Below are positions 35,971-44,966 of a stretch of DNA of 64,000 bases, in pieces. Both the position numbers and the translations under genes were made by a program. The stretch's first letter is position 1; the number at the start of each line of letters is the position of its first letter. The notes below the pieces were generated by a model that was not told the DNA's origin, ran no database searches, and was given only the letters and a program-made list of their open reading frames with translations. Source of the DNA: an uncultured Clostridium sp. (GTDB lineage Bacteria > Bacillota > Clostridia > TANB77 > CAG-508); assembly GCA_946487895.1 (NCBI GenBank), contig CAMLUO010000004.1, positions 9,990 to 73,989 on the forward strand. Reading direction: 5' to 3'.

Positions 35971-38418
35971 ATGTTTCAAAATATGGATGGAAATGCAATA
36001 AATGTAAATGAAGGAAAAAAAGAAGTAAAAAGCGGAGTAAATATTTTTTCAAATGTATTTACAAAGAAAAATATATTAATATATATAGTATCATTATTAG
36101 TATCATTAGTAAGTATAGGATGGGACTTTTCAGTATTTAGTATTAGTTTGTTGGGGGCGTGTTTAAGTTCATCTGTACCTGTACTTGGAATTGTACTAAT
36201 TTCATTAGTAGGAAATGGTATTAAATTTGGAGTAGGAGGGGCATTAGAATACTTTTTAACAACATTAGTTCTAGTAGTATCTCTTTTCATATTTAAGCCA
36301 AGATATAACGAAAATGAAAGAAATGAAAAAATAAGAATAGGAAAAAATATATTTTTAGCAACAATCATAATACAAATTGCAAAATATGCAATTTCAGGAT
36401 TTACACTTTATGATATATTATCAGGAATTACGGTAGCAATAATTGCAATGGTATTTTATAAAATATTTGTAAATTCTATTGTAGTGTTGCAAGACTTCAG
36501 ACAAAAAAAGGCATTTTCAATCGAAGAATTAATGGGAGCAAGTTTGTTACTTGCAATTTCCGTAGGAGCATTTGGAGATTTTAACGTAGTAGGATTTAAT
36601 ATTAGAAATATCTTAAGTATATTTATAGTAATGGCATTAGGATGGAAAAATGGAATTCTAGTTGGGACAACCTCTGGAGTAACAATAGGAGTTACTTTAG
36701 GAGTAATAACAGGTTCAGAGCCAATCATGATAGCAGCATATGCAATATCAGGAATGCTTGCAGGAATATTTAATAAGCTAGGAAAAATTGGAGTAATAAT
36801 AGGATTTGCACTAGGAAATGTATTACTTGCATATGTTTCAAATGGATATACTGTAGAACTAATATATTTTAAAGAAATATTAGCAGCATCAATTGGATTA
36901 CTTTTATTACCAAAAAATTTCCAAATAGATTTAGAAGAATTTATAGGAAATTCAAAATTTTTACCAGTCACACCAAATGGAGCATTAAATAAAAGTAAAG
37001 AAGTTGCAGAAAATTTAACACATGTATCAGATGCAATAAAAGAAATGGCAACATCATATAAAGGAAACATTAAAGATGCAAGTGATGTAGAAATAAATGA
37101 AAAAAATCAAGAAATATTTATGACTGAATTATTAAATAATCTAGAGCCATATAAAGAAAATATGTTATATGATGACATAGCAAATCCAGAAAGTGAAATT
37201 ACAAAAAAGATTTTTGAGTATCTATTAGATAAACAAGAAATAGACAGAAAAGCATTGTTACAAATATTTGCAGATTGTAATAGTTATGTTGTAGGATTTG
37301 AGGACAAAGAGGTTAGTCAATATTTAGAAGATAATATTTCTCAAATGATTACATTAATAAATATTTCATATAAAGTTAGCAAAAATGACTTTATATGGAG
37401 AAAAAAGATAGAACAAAACCAAAAAAATATAGGAAATCAATTAACAGCAATGTCAAAAGCCATTGAAAAAATGGCAAAAGGAATGAAACAAGAAATACAA
37501 GAAGAAGCAAACGGAAAAAATGAAAATTATCAAAAAGAAACAATAGAAATAACAGAACTTTTAAAACAAAAAGATATACAAGTAGAAGAAATATCAATAC
37601 AAAAACAAGATAGATTTTTTGTTACAATATATGCAAAAGAGATATTAGAAACAGCAAAGATAGAATTAATTGAAAAGCTATTAACAAAGAGTTTAGAAGA
37701 AAAAATAGTATTAAATGACGAAACAAGTGTTGGAACAAAATACACATTTTTATCAGATGATAAATTTGAAATGGCAATTGGAAATAGTATGGCGACAAAA
37801 TCAAAAAGTGAAGTATCAGGAGATAGTATATTAAATATAAGACTAAAAGATGGAAAATACTTAGTTGCAATAAGTGACGGAATGGGAACAGGAAATCAAG
37901 CTAAAAAAAGCAGTACACAAGCATTAAAAATGCTAGAAAATTTACTATTATCAGGATTTGATAAAAAAACATCATTAGACTTAATAAACTCATCATTAAT
38001 AAATCAAGATAATGAAGTATTTGCAACATTAGATATAGCAATTGTGGATCTATATAAAGGAAATATAGAATTTATCAAAAGTGGAGCATGTCCAACATAC
38101 ATAAAAAACAATAAAAGAGTACAAATAATAAAAGCAAACTCATTACCAACAGGAATAATCGAAAAAGGAAATATACAAACATTTGACTATGACATAAACT
38201 CAGGAGACATTTTATTGATGTGTACAGACGGAATATTAGATGCAAACATAGAATACAAAAATAAAGATTTATGGTTAAAATACTTATTAGAAGACATAGA
38301 AACAACAAATACAGGAAAAATAGCAGACTTAATATTAAATGAAGCAATAGACAACAACTTTGGAGTAATAAAAGATGACATGAGCATAATAGTATGTAAA
38401 TTTAAGAAGAGGGATTAG
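35971..38418 (+). CDS. spoIIE: Stage II sporulation protein E (PP2C phosphatase with polytopic membrane domain)
   Basis: About 10 N-terminal hydrophobic helices, then a C-terminal PP2C/SpoIIE domain (AISDGMGTGNQAKKSS...FATLDIAIVDLYKGNIEFIKSGACPTYI...LLMCTDGILDA). Start set to ATG 35971 (SD agaggtgg 6 nt upstream) rather than the track GTG 35962, which lies in the SD. Confidence 0.9.
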   Translation: MFQNMDGNAINVNEGKKEVKSGVNIFSNVFTKKNILIYIVSLLVSLVSIGWDFSVFSISLLGACLSSSVPVLGIVLISLVGNGIKFGVGGALEYFLTTLVLVVSLFIFKPRYNENERNEKIRIGKNIFLATIIIQIAKYAISGFTLYDILSGITVAIIAMVFYKIFVNSIVVLQDFRQKKAFSIEELMGASLLLAISVGAFGDFNVVGFNIRNILSIFIVMALGWKNGILVGTTSGVTIGVTLGVITGSEPIMIAAYAISGMLAGIFNKLGKIGVIIGFALGNVLLAYVSNGYTVELIYFKEILAASIGLLLLPKNFQIDLEEFIGNSKFLPVTPNGALNKSKEVAENLTHVSDAIKEMATSYKGNIKDASDVEINEKNQEIFMTELLNNLEPYKENMLYDDIANPESEITKKIFEYLLDKQEIDRKALLQIFADCNSYVVGFEDKEVSQYLEDNISQMITLINISYKVSKNDFIWRKKIEQNQKNIGNQLTAMSKAIEKMAKGMKQEIQEEANGKNENYQKETIEITELLKQKDIQVEEISIQKQDRFFVTIYAKEILETAKIELIEKLLTKSLEEKIVLNDETSVGTKYTFLSDDKFEMAIGNSMATKSKSEVSGDSILNIRLKDGKYLVAISDGMGTGNQAKKSSTQALKMLENLLLSGFDKKTSLDLINSSLINQDNEVFATLDIAIVDLYKGNIEFIKSGACPTYIKNNKRVQIIKANSLPTGIIEKGNIQTFDYDINSGDILLMCTDGILDANIEYKNKDLWLKYLLEDIETTNTGKIADLILNEAIDNNFGVIKDDMSIIVCKFKKRD

Positions 38419-38466
38419 GGGGACGGTCCTAAAAATCCCTCTTTTTAGGGATTTAGGGACGGACCT
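38412..38466 (+). repeat. GGGAC-pair repeat R1 at the spoIIE 3' end
   Basis: ggattagggggacggtcc taaaaatccctctttttagggattt agggacggacc: two GGAT(T)TAGGG(GG)ACGG units around the hairpin aaatccct/agggattt. The spoIIE stop TAG (38416-38418) is part of unit 1. Near-identical copy at 52580-52630. Confidence 0.85.
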
Positions 38467-38560
38467 TCAAATTTTTTATTTTACTTATTAGACTGTTTTT
38501 ATTTTTATATCAAAAAATAAAAATATAAAACCAAAAGTTATTTTTATATATAAAAATAAC

Positions 38561-38589
38561 TTGACAGAAGTACAACCTAATTGTATAAT
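38561..38589 (+). promoter_or_regulatory. Sigma-A-type promoter (TTGACA-N17-TATAAT) for the ATPase gene
   Basis: TTGACA 38561-38566, TATAAT 38584-38589. Abutted by a perfect 26-nt AT-rich palindrome (38536-38561). Confidence 0.6.
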
Positions 38590-38606
38590 ATTTATAGGTG
38601 ATAAAA

Positions 38607-39803
38607 ATGTTAAAAAGAGAGATATATTTAAAAGAAATAAGAGATTTTTATAATAGTAACTTAATAAAAATTCTAGTTGGAATTCGTAGATGTGGAAAAT
38701 CTATCATATTAGAGCAAATTATACAGGAACTAAAAGAACAAGGCATAGATAATGAACATATAATTTATATAAATTTTGAATTTATCGAGTTTGAGAGCTT
38801 AACAGATTATAAAGAGTTAAATAAATATGTAAAAAATAGAATCAAAGATGGTGAATTACACTATTTATTTTTTGATGAAATACAAAATGTTGATAATTTT
38901 GAAAAGGTTATAAATTCGTTAAGGGCTTCTCAAAATGTTAGTATATTTATTACTGGATCAAATAGTAGACTTTTATCGGAAGAATTATCAACAGTTCTTT
39001 CTGGAAGGTATGTAAGTTTTAGAATAAATCCATTATCATATAAAGAAGTATTGGAGTTATTAGGGAAAAGTAAATCAACAGATGAAATATTTGAAGATTA
39101 TATGAAGTGGGGGAGTCTTCCAAATAGATTCGATTTTAAAAGAGAAGAAGCAATAAAAAACTATTTATATGGAGTATTTGATTCAATAATATTAAGGGAT
39201 GTTGTTGAAAGATTAAAAATAAGGGATACATCTCTGTTCAACTTAATTTTGCAGTATGTGATAGATACAATAGGTAGAGAATTTTCAGCTGAAAATATTA
39301 TGAATTTTTTGAAAAATGAAGGAAGAGATGTTTCTACATTGACTATATATTCATATTTAGATGCACTTTGTAAGTCTTTATTAATTAGAAAAGTGTATAG
39401 ATATGATGTACATGGTAGGGCGGTTTTAAAAACGTTAAATAAATATTATGTTACAGATTTAGGAATAGCACAAATAAAAAATACTAATACTGAAATTGAT
39501 AAATCATATGCTATTGAAAATATTGTATATAATGAATTAATTATTAAAGGATATGATGTTTATATAGGAAAAACTAAAAAGGGTGAAATAGACTTTGTTG
39601 CAACAAAACCAAATAAAAAAATTTATGTACAAGTTGCATATAGTATACCTAATGAAGATACTAAAAAAAGAGAATTTGGAGCTTATGATGTTATAAATGA
39701 TAATTATCCTAAATATGTAATTACACTAGATAAATTAACATATGAATATAACGGTATAAAACATGTAAATTTAATAGATTTTTTATTAGATGAAAATTTT
39801 TAG
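38607..39803 (+). CDS. AAA_14/DUF4143-type ATP-binding protein
   Basis: Walker A GIRRCGKS, Walker B-like YLFFDEIQ, overall layout typical of the AAA_14 + DUF4143 family. Start set to ATG 38607 (SD aggtga 6 nt upstream). Confidence 0.75.
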   Translation: MLKREIYLKEIRDFYNSNLIKILVGIRRCGKSIILEQIIQELKEQGIDNEHIIYINFEFIEFESLTDYKELNKYVKNRIKDGELHYLFFDEIQNVDNFEKVINSLRASQNVSIFITGSNSRLLSEELSTVLSGRYVSFRINPLSYKEVLELLGKSKSTDEIFEDYMKWGSLPNRFDFKREEAIKNYLYGVFDSIILRDVVERLKIRDTSLFNLILQYVIDTIGREFSAENIMNFLKNEGRDVSTLTIYSYLDALCKSLLIRKVYRYDVHGRAVLKTLNKYYVTDLGIAQIKNTNTEIDKSYAIENIVYNELIIKGYDVYIGKTKKGEIDFVATKPNKKIYVQVAYSIPNEDTKKREFGAYDVINDNYPKYVITLDKLTYEYNGIKHVNLIDFLLDENF

Positions 39804-39807
39804 AACT

Positions 39808-39831
39808 GAAGGGATGTAAAATCCCTTTTTT
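39808..39831 (+). terminator. Rho-independent terminator
   Basis: Stem gaaggga / tcccttt, 7-nt loop, T-run. 5 nt after the stop. Confidence 0.65.
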
Positions 39832-39901
39832 CTAATATTTTCTATTGTGTTGAACACGATTTTATGATATATTTTAGTTGCTAGAAAAGGAGGCAAATAA
39901 T

Positions 39902-41422
39902 TTGAGCAGAGGAAAGAGATACGAAGAACCAAAACTAAATTTAAAAAAAGTTTTTGCAGTAATAATAGCATTTGTAGTATTAATAATGTTCATATTCATG
40001 ATAAGAGGGCTATTTGCGAAAGATGAAGAACAAACTAGAATAACAAGTAAGGACTACTTTGCAGCATTTCAAAATAATAAATGGGGAATCATTGATTCAA
40101 CAGGAGCGGTAATAATAGACCCATCATATGAAGAAATGATGGTAGTTCCAAATAGCAAAAAAGACGTATTTTTATGTACTTTTGATGTAAATTATGAAAC
40201 AGGAGAATACAGTACAAAGGCTTTAAATAGTAAGAATGAAGAAATATTCACACAATATAATCAAATAGAACCATTACAAGTAGTTGATAGAAATGGACAA
40301 GTAAGTTATATAAATAATGCTCTAAAAGTACAAAAAGATGGTAAATACGGGCTTATAGATTTAGACGGAAATGAGTTACAACCTTGTCAATATGATGCAA
40401 TTTCTACTTTAGAAGGAAAACAAGATGTAATAAAAGTGCAAAAGGACGGAAAGTTTGGACTTTTAGATGTTCAAGGGAAAGAACTAATATCAGCACAATA
40501 TACTGATATAAGAACATTAAAAGCTGATGATACAACAAATTATTTAGTTCAAAATGATGAAGGCAAATATGGAATTATAGGAAATAACAATCAAGTAGTT
40601 TTAGAACCAAATTATGATGAAATAAAAGATGTTTATACAACCAATTATTATGTTGTACAACAAAGTGAAACAGAAAAATTAATTAGAAAAGATGGTACAG
40701 ATGTTTTAACAACAGGGTTTGATGAAATTACAGCAATATTAAAAAATGAAGAAAATGGTGTAATATTTAAGCAAGATGAAAAATATGGAATTATGAATAT
40801 GTCAGGAGAAGTTACATTATATCCAGCATATGACGATTTAAAAGAAGCAAAAACAGGAATACTTATTGCTGAACAAGGTGGAAAATATGGCATAATTGAT
40901 TTGACAGGTGCTGAGAAATTAGGATTTACATATCAAAGTCTAAATTATTATGAAAAAGCAGATTTGTATGTAGGAGAAGATGAAAACTTTAATAATACAA
41001 TAATTAATGGGAACTTTGAAGTAAAACAAACTGGTATTTTAATTGATGTTAATGAAGTAGATGGATATTTTGAATTAAGACAAAATGACGAAAACAAATA
41101 TTATGATTTTTCATTTAATGAGAAAAAAGAATCAGATATATTTAAAACTCGTACATTATTTTTGAGCAAAAAAGACGGAAAATATGGTTTTGTTGATAAA
41201 GATGGAAATGTTGTTGTAGATTATATTTATGATGATGCGACTTCACAAAATAATTTTGGATATGCAGCAGTAAAGAAAGACGGAAAATGGGGCAGTATTG
41301 ATGATAAGGGTACAGTAATTCAAGAGCCTACTTATAATTTAGATGATTATTTGACAATTGATTTTATAGGTAGATGGCATTATGGAAAGGATCTTAATAT
41401 GAATTATTACAACCAATTATAG
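39902..41422 (+). CDS. WG-repeat (KWG-type) protein with N-terminal membrane anchor
   Basis: At least seven repeats of the type DGK[YFW]G[LIF][IV]D..G..[VIL]..P.Y[DT] (e.g. DGKYGLIDLDGNELQPCQYDAI, DGKWGSIDDKGTVIQEPTY). Hydrophobic helix VFAVIIAFVVLIMFIFMI. Start set to TTG 39902 (SD aaaggagg 8 nt upstream). The track TTG 39878 precedes the SD. Confidence 0.8.
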   Translation: MSRGKRYEEPKLNLKKVFAVIIAFVVLIMFIFMIRGLFAKDEEQTRITSKDYFAAFQNNKWGIIDSTGAVIIDPSYEEMMVVPNSKKDVFLCTFDVNYETGEYSTKALNSKNEEIFTQYNQIEPLQVVDRNGQVSYINNALKVQKDGKYGLIDLDGNELQPCQYDAISTLEGKQDVIKVQKDGKFGLLDVQGKELISAQYTDIRTLKADDTTNYLVQNDEGKYGIIGNNNQVVLEPNYDEIKDVYTTNYYVVQQSETEKLIRKDGTDVLTTGFDEITAILKNEENGVIFKQDEKYGIMNMSGEVTLYPAYDDLKEAKTGILIAEQGGKYGIIDLTGAEKLGFTYQSLNYYEKADLYVGEDENFNNTIINGNFEVKQTGILIDVNEVDGYFELRQNDENKYYDFSFNEKKESDIFKTRTLFLSKKDGKYGFVDKDGNVVVDYIYDDATSQNNFGYAAVKKDGKWGSIDDKGTVIQEPTYNLDDYLTIDFIGRWHYGKDLNMNYYNQL

Positions 41423-41462
41423 TAGTTGAAAAATAATTATAATAATAGAATCAAAAGAGAAG

Positions 41463-42707
41463 GTGATAATTGTGGAACTAAAGACGAACTACCAATATAC
41501 GTATTTTATTCATCCGTTTATAATAAAAAATGGACAATATCAAAAATACATTTTGAAAATGTTAAAAGACGAGAATTGTAAATTGAAAATTTTTCAAAAA
41601 GAAAAAGATTTTAAGATGTATAAATATTTTTTGCCTAAGGCAAGAGAATTTATATTTTCAAGTTTTAGTATGGGCAATGAGAAAATAAAACAATTAGAAG
41701 AATTACCAATTGAAACAAGAGCAGCGCTTTTGGCCAAATATCAATGTAATATATTTGAATATCATTTGAAAAAGGATATTCAGGCAAAAGTACAAGACAA
41801 ATCAGGAATATTCTTCAAAATACAAAAAATTGAAGTTATATGTTTTCAAACTGGAATAGCATTTTTGGTAATAAAAACAACTTTAGATGAATATGAAAAA
41901 TTTTCAAATGTATTAAATTTTAATTACAAATTTAGAAATATTAATAATGAATTATCAGATTTAGAAAATTATGATAATATCTCAATACAAACAGATAGTT
42001 TTGCAACTACACAAAGTTTTAGAGATTTTATCAGAAAAATTACAGGAGGAAAGTCTGAAGCATTAAAATTAAATATAGATACAGAAAGATTTTTAACATA
42101 TTCTTATGTTTGTATAGACCAAGAAGCATGGAATCCTAATACTCAATTTGAAAATATTCAATACTATTTCAATAAATATGCAAGTATATTGCCAGCAGAT
42201 AATAGTAGAGAACTAGATAGTGAAAAGGTAGAGACATTTTCAAAGTGGAAGTATGCAAAATTGGGATTGACTAAATTAGGAATGACATTGTTTTCTTCAA
42301 CAAGTGATATGAATAATTATACTATTTTGCCGGAAGAATACGAAAATCAATATTTCTATACATATATCATTAATTTGTATAAGAAAATATATTTAAAGAA
42401 ACTTGAAAATGATTTTAAAAATGGAAAAAATATTAAGAAAACTAGAAGAAAATTTATAGAATTTACTAAGAAAATGTGGATTCAAGAAATAACTGATGAT
42501 GAAACAGGTACATTGTTAAATCACAAATTACAAGAAGTATTTGAATTAGAAAAATTGTATGGTGAAGTGAAAAATAAATATGATGTATTATATAAAGAAT
42601 TAAATATTGAAAGAAATAAAAATTCATTAATACTAATTTCTGTAATATTAGTAGTTTCATTAATACTTAATATTTTAAATTTTGTGGTTTTAACAAATAA
42701 TAAATAA
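41463..42707 (+). CDS. Hypothetical protein with C-terminal coiled coil and membrane helix
   Basis: 414-aa ORF with no recognised family. C-terminal SLILISVILVVSLILNILNFVV. The start could be GTG 41472 instead (gagaagg SD). Confidence 0.55.
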   Translation: MIIVELKTNYQYTYFIHPFIIKNGQYQKYILKMLKDENCKLKIFQKEKDFKMYKYFLPKAREFIFSSFSMGNEKIKQLEELPIETRAALLAKYQCNIFEYHLKKDIQAKVQDKSGIFFKIQKIEVICFQTGIAFLVIKTTLDEYEKFSNVLNFNYKFRNINNELSDLENYDNISIQTDSFATTQSFRDFIRKITGGKSEALKLNIDTERFLTYSYVCIDQEAWNPNTQFENIQYYFNKYASILPADNSRELDSEKVETFSKWKYAKLGLTKLGMTLFSSTSDMNNYTILPEEYENQYFYTYIINLYKKIYLKKLENDFKNGKNIKKTRRKFIEFTKKMWIQEITDDETGTLLNHKLQEVFELEKLYGEVKNKYDVLYKELNIERNKNSLILISVILVVSLILNILNFVVLTNNK

Positions 42708-42746
42708 TAGCAATTTAGAATAATAAATTTTAATATAAAACAAAAG

Positions 42747-42773
42747 AAAAGTTTCATTATCGTGAAACTTTTT
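42747..42773 (+). terminator. Hairpin terminator after the 414-aa ORF
   Basis: 10-bp stem aaaagtttca / tgaaactttt with 6-nt loop. It overlaps the track GTG 42762, which argues for the downstream acpS start. Confidence 0.55.
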
Positions 42774-42791
42774 CTGAAGAAGGAGAAAAAA

Positions 42792-43154
42792 ATGCAGATA
42801 ACTTGTGGAACAGATATAATTGAAATAAATCGAATTAAGAAAAGTATAGAAGAATTAGGCGAAAAATTTCTAAATCGAGTTTATACACAAAAAGAAATCG
42901 AATATTGTGAAAGCAAGAAAGGTCAAAAATATCAGCATTATGCTGCAAGATTTGCTGCAAAAGAGGCGATATTTAAAGCAATTTCAAAAGAATTAAATGA
43001 TAAGTATGAAATAGGTTGGAAAGACATGGAGATTTTAAATGATAAGCAAGGAAGGCCACAAGTTAAAGTCAAGGGAGTTCAAAAGGAAAATATAGATATT
43101 AGTATCTCGCATTGTAAGGAGTATGCTGTAGCAATGGTAGTAATGTCCATTTAG
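42792..43154 (+). CDS. acpS: Holo-[acyl-carrier-protein] synthase
   Basis: MQITCGTDIIEINRIKK...YAARFAAKEAIFKA...ISISHCKEYAVAMVV is the AcpS/4'-phosphopantetheinyl transferase signature. ATG 42792 is preceded by SD aagaaggag. Confidence 0.9.
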   Translation: MQITCGTDIIEINRIKKSIEELGEKFLNRVYTQKEIEYCESKKGQKYQHYAARFAAKEAIFKAISKELNDKYEIGWKDMEILNDKQGRPQVKVKGVQKENIDISISHCKEYAVAMVVMSI

Positions 43155-43193
43155 GGACGTTTCCGTTTGGACATTTTTGTCCTTTTAGGGACA
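43152..43193 (+). repeat. GGGAC-pair repeat R2 at the acpS 3' end
   Basis: tagggacgtttccgtttggacatttttgtccttttagggaca: two TTTAGGGAC units around the hairpin ggaca/tgtcc. The acpS stop TAG is the first 3 nt. Confidence 0.75.
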
Positions 43194-43221
43194 CATCATC
43201 ATGAAATAAAAATAAAGGAGA

Positions 43222-44049
43222 ATGGTAGTTGTGAACTTAATTAAGGAAAGCAATAAAACAGTCGAGTTTTTCGATAGTCATGCACATTTGGATGATGAAA
43301 GATTTGATGAGGACAGAGAAGAAATTATAGATAAAATAAAAATGAGTGGAGTTACAAGGCTAATAAGTGCAGGATATAGTTTAGAAGGTTCAAAAAAAGC
43401 AGCAGAATTATCAAAAAAATATGATTTTATTTATGCAACATGTGGTATTTCACCAAATGATATTCCACAAACTGAAGAAGAATTGTGGAAAAACATAAGC
43501 GAAATAAAGCAGATTGCGACAGATAATTCAAAGGTTGTTGCAATTGGTGAAATAGGTTTAGATTATTATTGGGAAAAAGATTTACAAAGAAGAGAATTGC
43601 AACAAAAAGCTTTTATTAAACAAATTGAATTAGCAAATGAACTACAATTGCCGATAGTAATTCATACAAGAGAAGCAGTAATGGATACACTTCAAATATT
43701 AAAAGAGAATGAAGCTTTGAAAAAAGGAGTATTTCATTGTTGTCCATTAAATAGAGAACTTGTAAAAGAAGCTTTAAAATTGGGATTTTATATATCATTT
43801 GCAGGACCAATAACTTTTAAAAACTCAAAAAATGCATCTGAAATAATCGAAATAGTACCAAATGATAAAATGTTAATAGAAACAGATAGTCCATACCTTT
43901 CACCAGAACCATTAAGAGGAAAAAGAAATGATTCTAGAAATGTAAAGTTTATGGCACAAAAAATAGCAGAAGTTAAAAAAATGCCACTAGAAGAAGTGGC
44001 AAAAATTACATATGATAATGCGATGAATCTGTTTAGTGCGCATCACTAA
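43222..44049 (+). CDS. tatD: TatD-family metal-dependent hydrolase (YabD-like)
   Basis: FFDSHAHLDD..., GEIGLDYYW, VIHTREA, ETDSPYL motifs. The start may be GTG 43231, because the ATG at 43222 sits only 1 nt after the SD aaaggaga. Confidence 0.9.
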   Translation: MVVVNLIKESNKTVEFFDSHAHLDDERFDEDREEIIDKIKMSGVTRLISAGYSLEGSKKAAELSKKYDFIYATCGISPNDIPQTEEELWKNISEIKQIATDNSKVVAIGEIGLDYYWEKDLQRRELQQKAFIKQIELANELQLPIVIHTREAVMDTLQILKENEALKKGVFHCCPLNRELVKEALKLGFYISFAGPITFKNSKNASEIIEIVPNDKMLIETDSPYLSPEPLRGKRNDSRNVKFMAQKIAEVKKMPLEEVAKITYDNAMNLFSAHH

Positions 44050-44966
44050 TTTAAATTTCTTAAGGCTTCGATTCTATCTTCTATGCTTGGGTGAGTAGAC
44101 CAAATGCTAGAAGATTTTTTCTTGCCTTCTTTAGTATTTTTCTTAAATGGATTTACAATATACATATTAGCAGTTGCGCTATTTGCAGTTTGTAATTGAT
44201 TTTCATCTGCGTCAAGTTTTTGCAAAGCTGAAATCAATCCTTCTGGATTCCTAGTAAATTCAACTGCAGTGCTATCAGCTAAAAATTCTCTTTTTCTTGA
44301 TAATGCAAGTTGCATTAGAGAACCAAATATAGGTGATAAAATCAAGAAAATAAGTCCAATTAACATTAAAATTCCATTTCCTTTACTATCACTATCTCTA
44401 TCTCCAATTCCTCCCCAGAATAAAAATCTAGAAAATAAATCTGCTAGCATTACAATAAATCCTACCATAACAGAAACTACACAACTTAAAAGAATATCAT
44501 AATTTTTGATATGGCTTAACTCATGAGCTACAACGCCTTCTAATTCGTAGTAGTCTAATTTTTCTAATAAACCAGTTGTGACACATACTACTGCATTTTT
44601 AGGATTTCTACCAGTTGCAAAAGCATTTGGTTGTGGGTCATCAACTACATATAATCTAGGTTTGTATTCTAAACCAGATGCAACCATTAAAGAATCTAAG
44701 ATATTAACTAATTTTAAGTCTTCTTCTTTAGTTGCTGGTCTAGCTCTATTTACTGAAAGTACGATTTTATCACTGTAGTAATATGATCCCCAAGCAGTTG
44801 CAATTGAGAATACTAAAGCGATTACAATTGATAAACTTCCTAATCTTAATGCATGACAAATATAATATACAATTAATGTTATAACGATTATAAAAATTGC
44901 TACAATTATTCCAGATTCTATTTTGTTTTTCCTTATATTTCTAAACATTTTGTAAATTCCTTTCAT
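44046..44966 (-). CDS. htpX: HtpX-like M48 zinc metalloprotease
   Basis: HELSHIKNYD (HExxH), four hydrophobic helices, C-terminal STHPSIEDRI. Coupled to lemA (TAATG overlap). An alternative start ATG 44948 has a better SD (aaagga). Confidence 0.9.
   Translation of the reverse strand: MKGIYKMFRNIRKNKIESGIIVAIFIIVITLIVYYICHALRLGSLSIVIALVFSIATAWGSYYYSDKIVLSVNRARPATKEEDLKLVNILDSLMVASGLEYKPRLYVVDDPQPNAFATGRNPKNAVVCVTTGLLEKLDYYELEGVVAHELSHIKNYDILLSCVVSVMVGFIVMLADLFSRFLFWGGIGDRDSDSKGNGILMLIGLIFLILSPIFGSLMQLALSRKREFLADSTAVEFTRNPEGLISALQKLDADENQLQTANSATANMYIVNPFKKNTKEGKKKSSSIWSTHPSIEDRIEALRNLN

Noticed and set aside
36456-37070. 204-aa minus-strand ORF, and the many other antisense or out-of-frame ORFs in the track (e.g. 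969-1190, 1333-1593, 6975-7253, 9152-9376, 17719-18123, 35038-35427, 35976-36368, 44269-44502, 51567-51884).
   Set aside because: All lie entirely inside strongly supported genes on the opposite strand or in another frame. Their translations are L/F/Y/I/H-rich low-complexity strings typical of shadow ORFs in AT-rich DNA. None has an SD or a recognisable motif.
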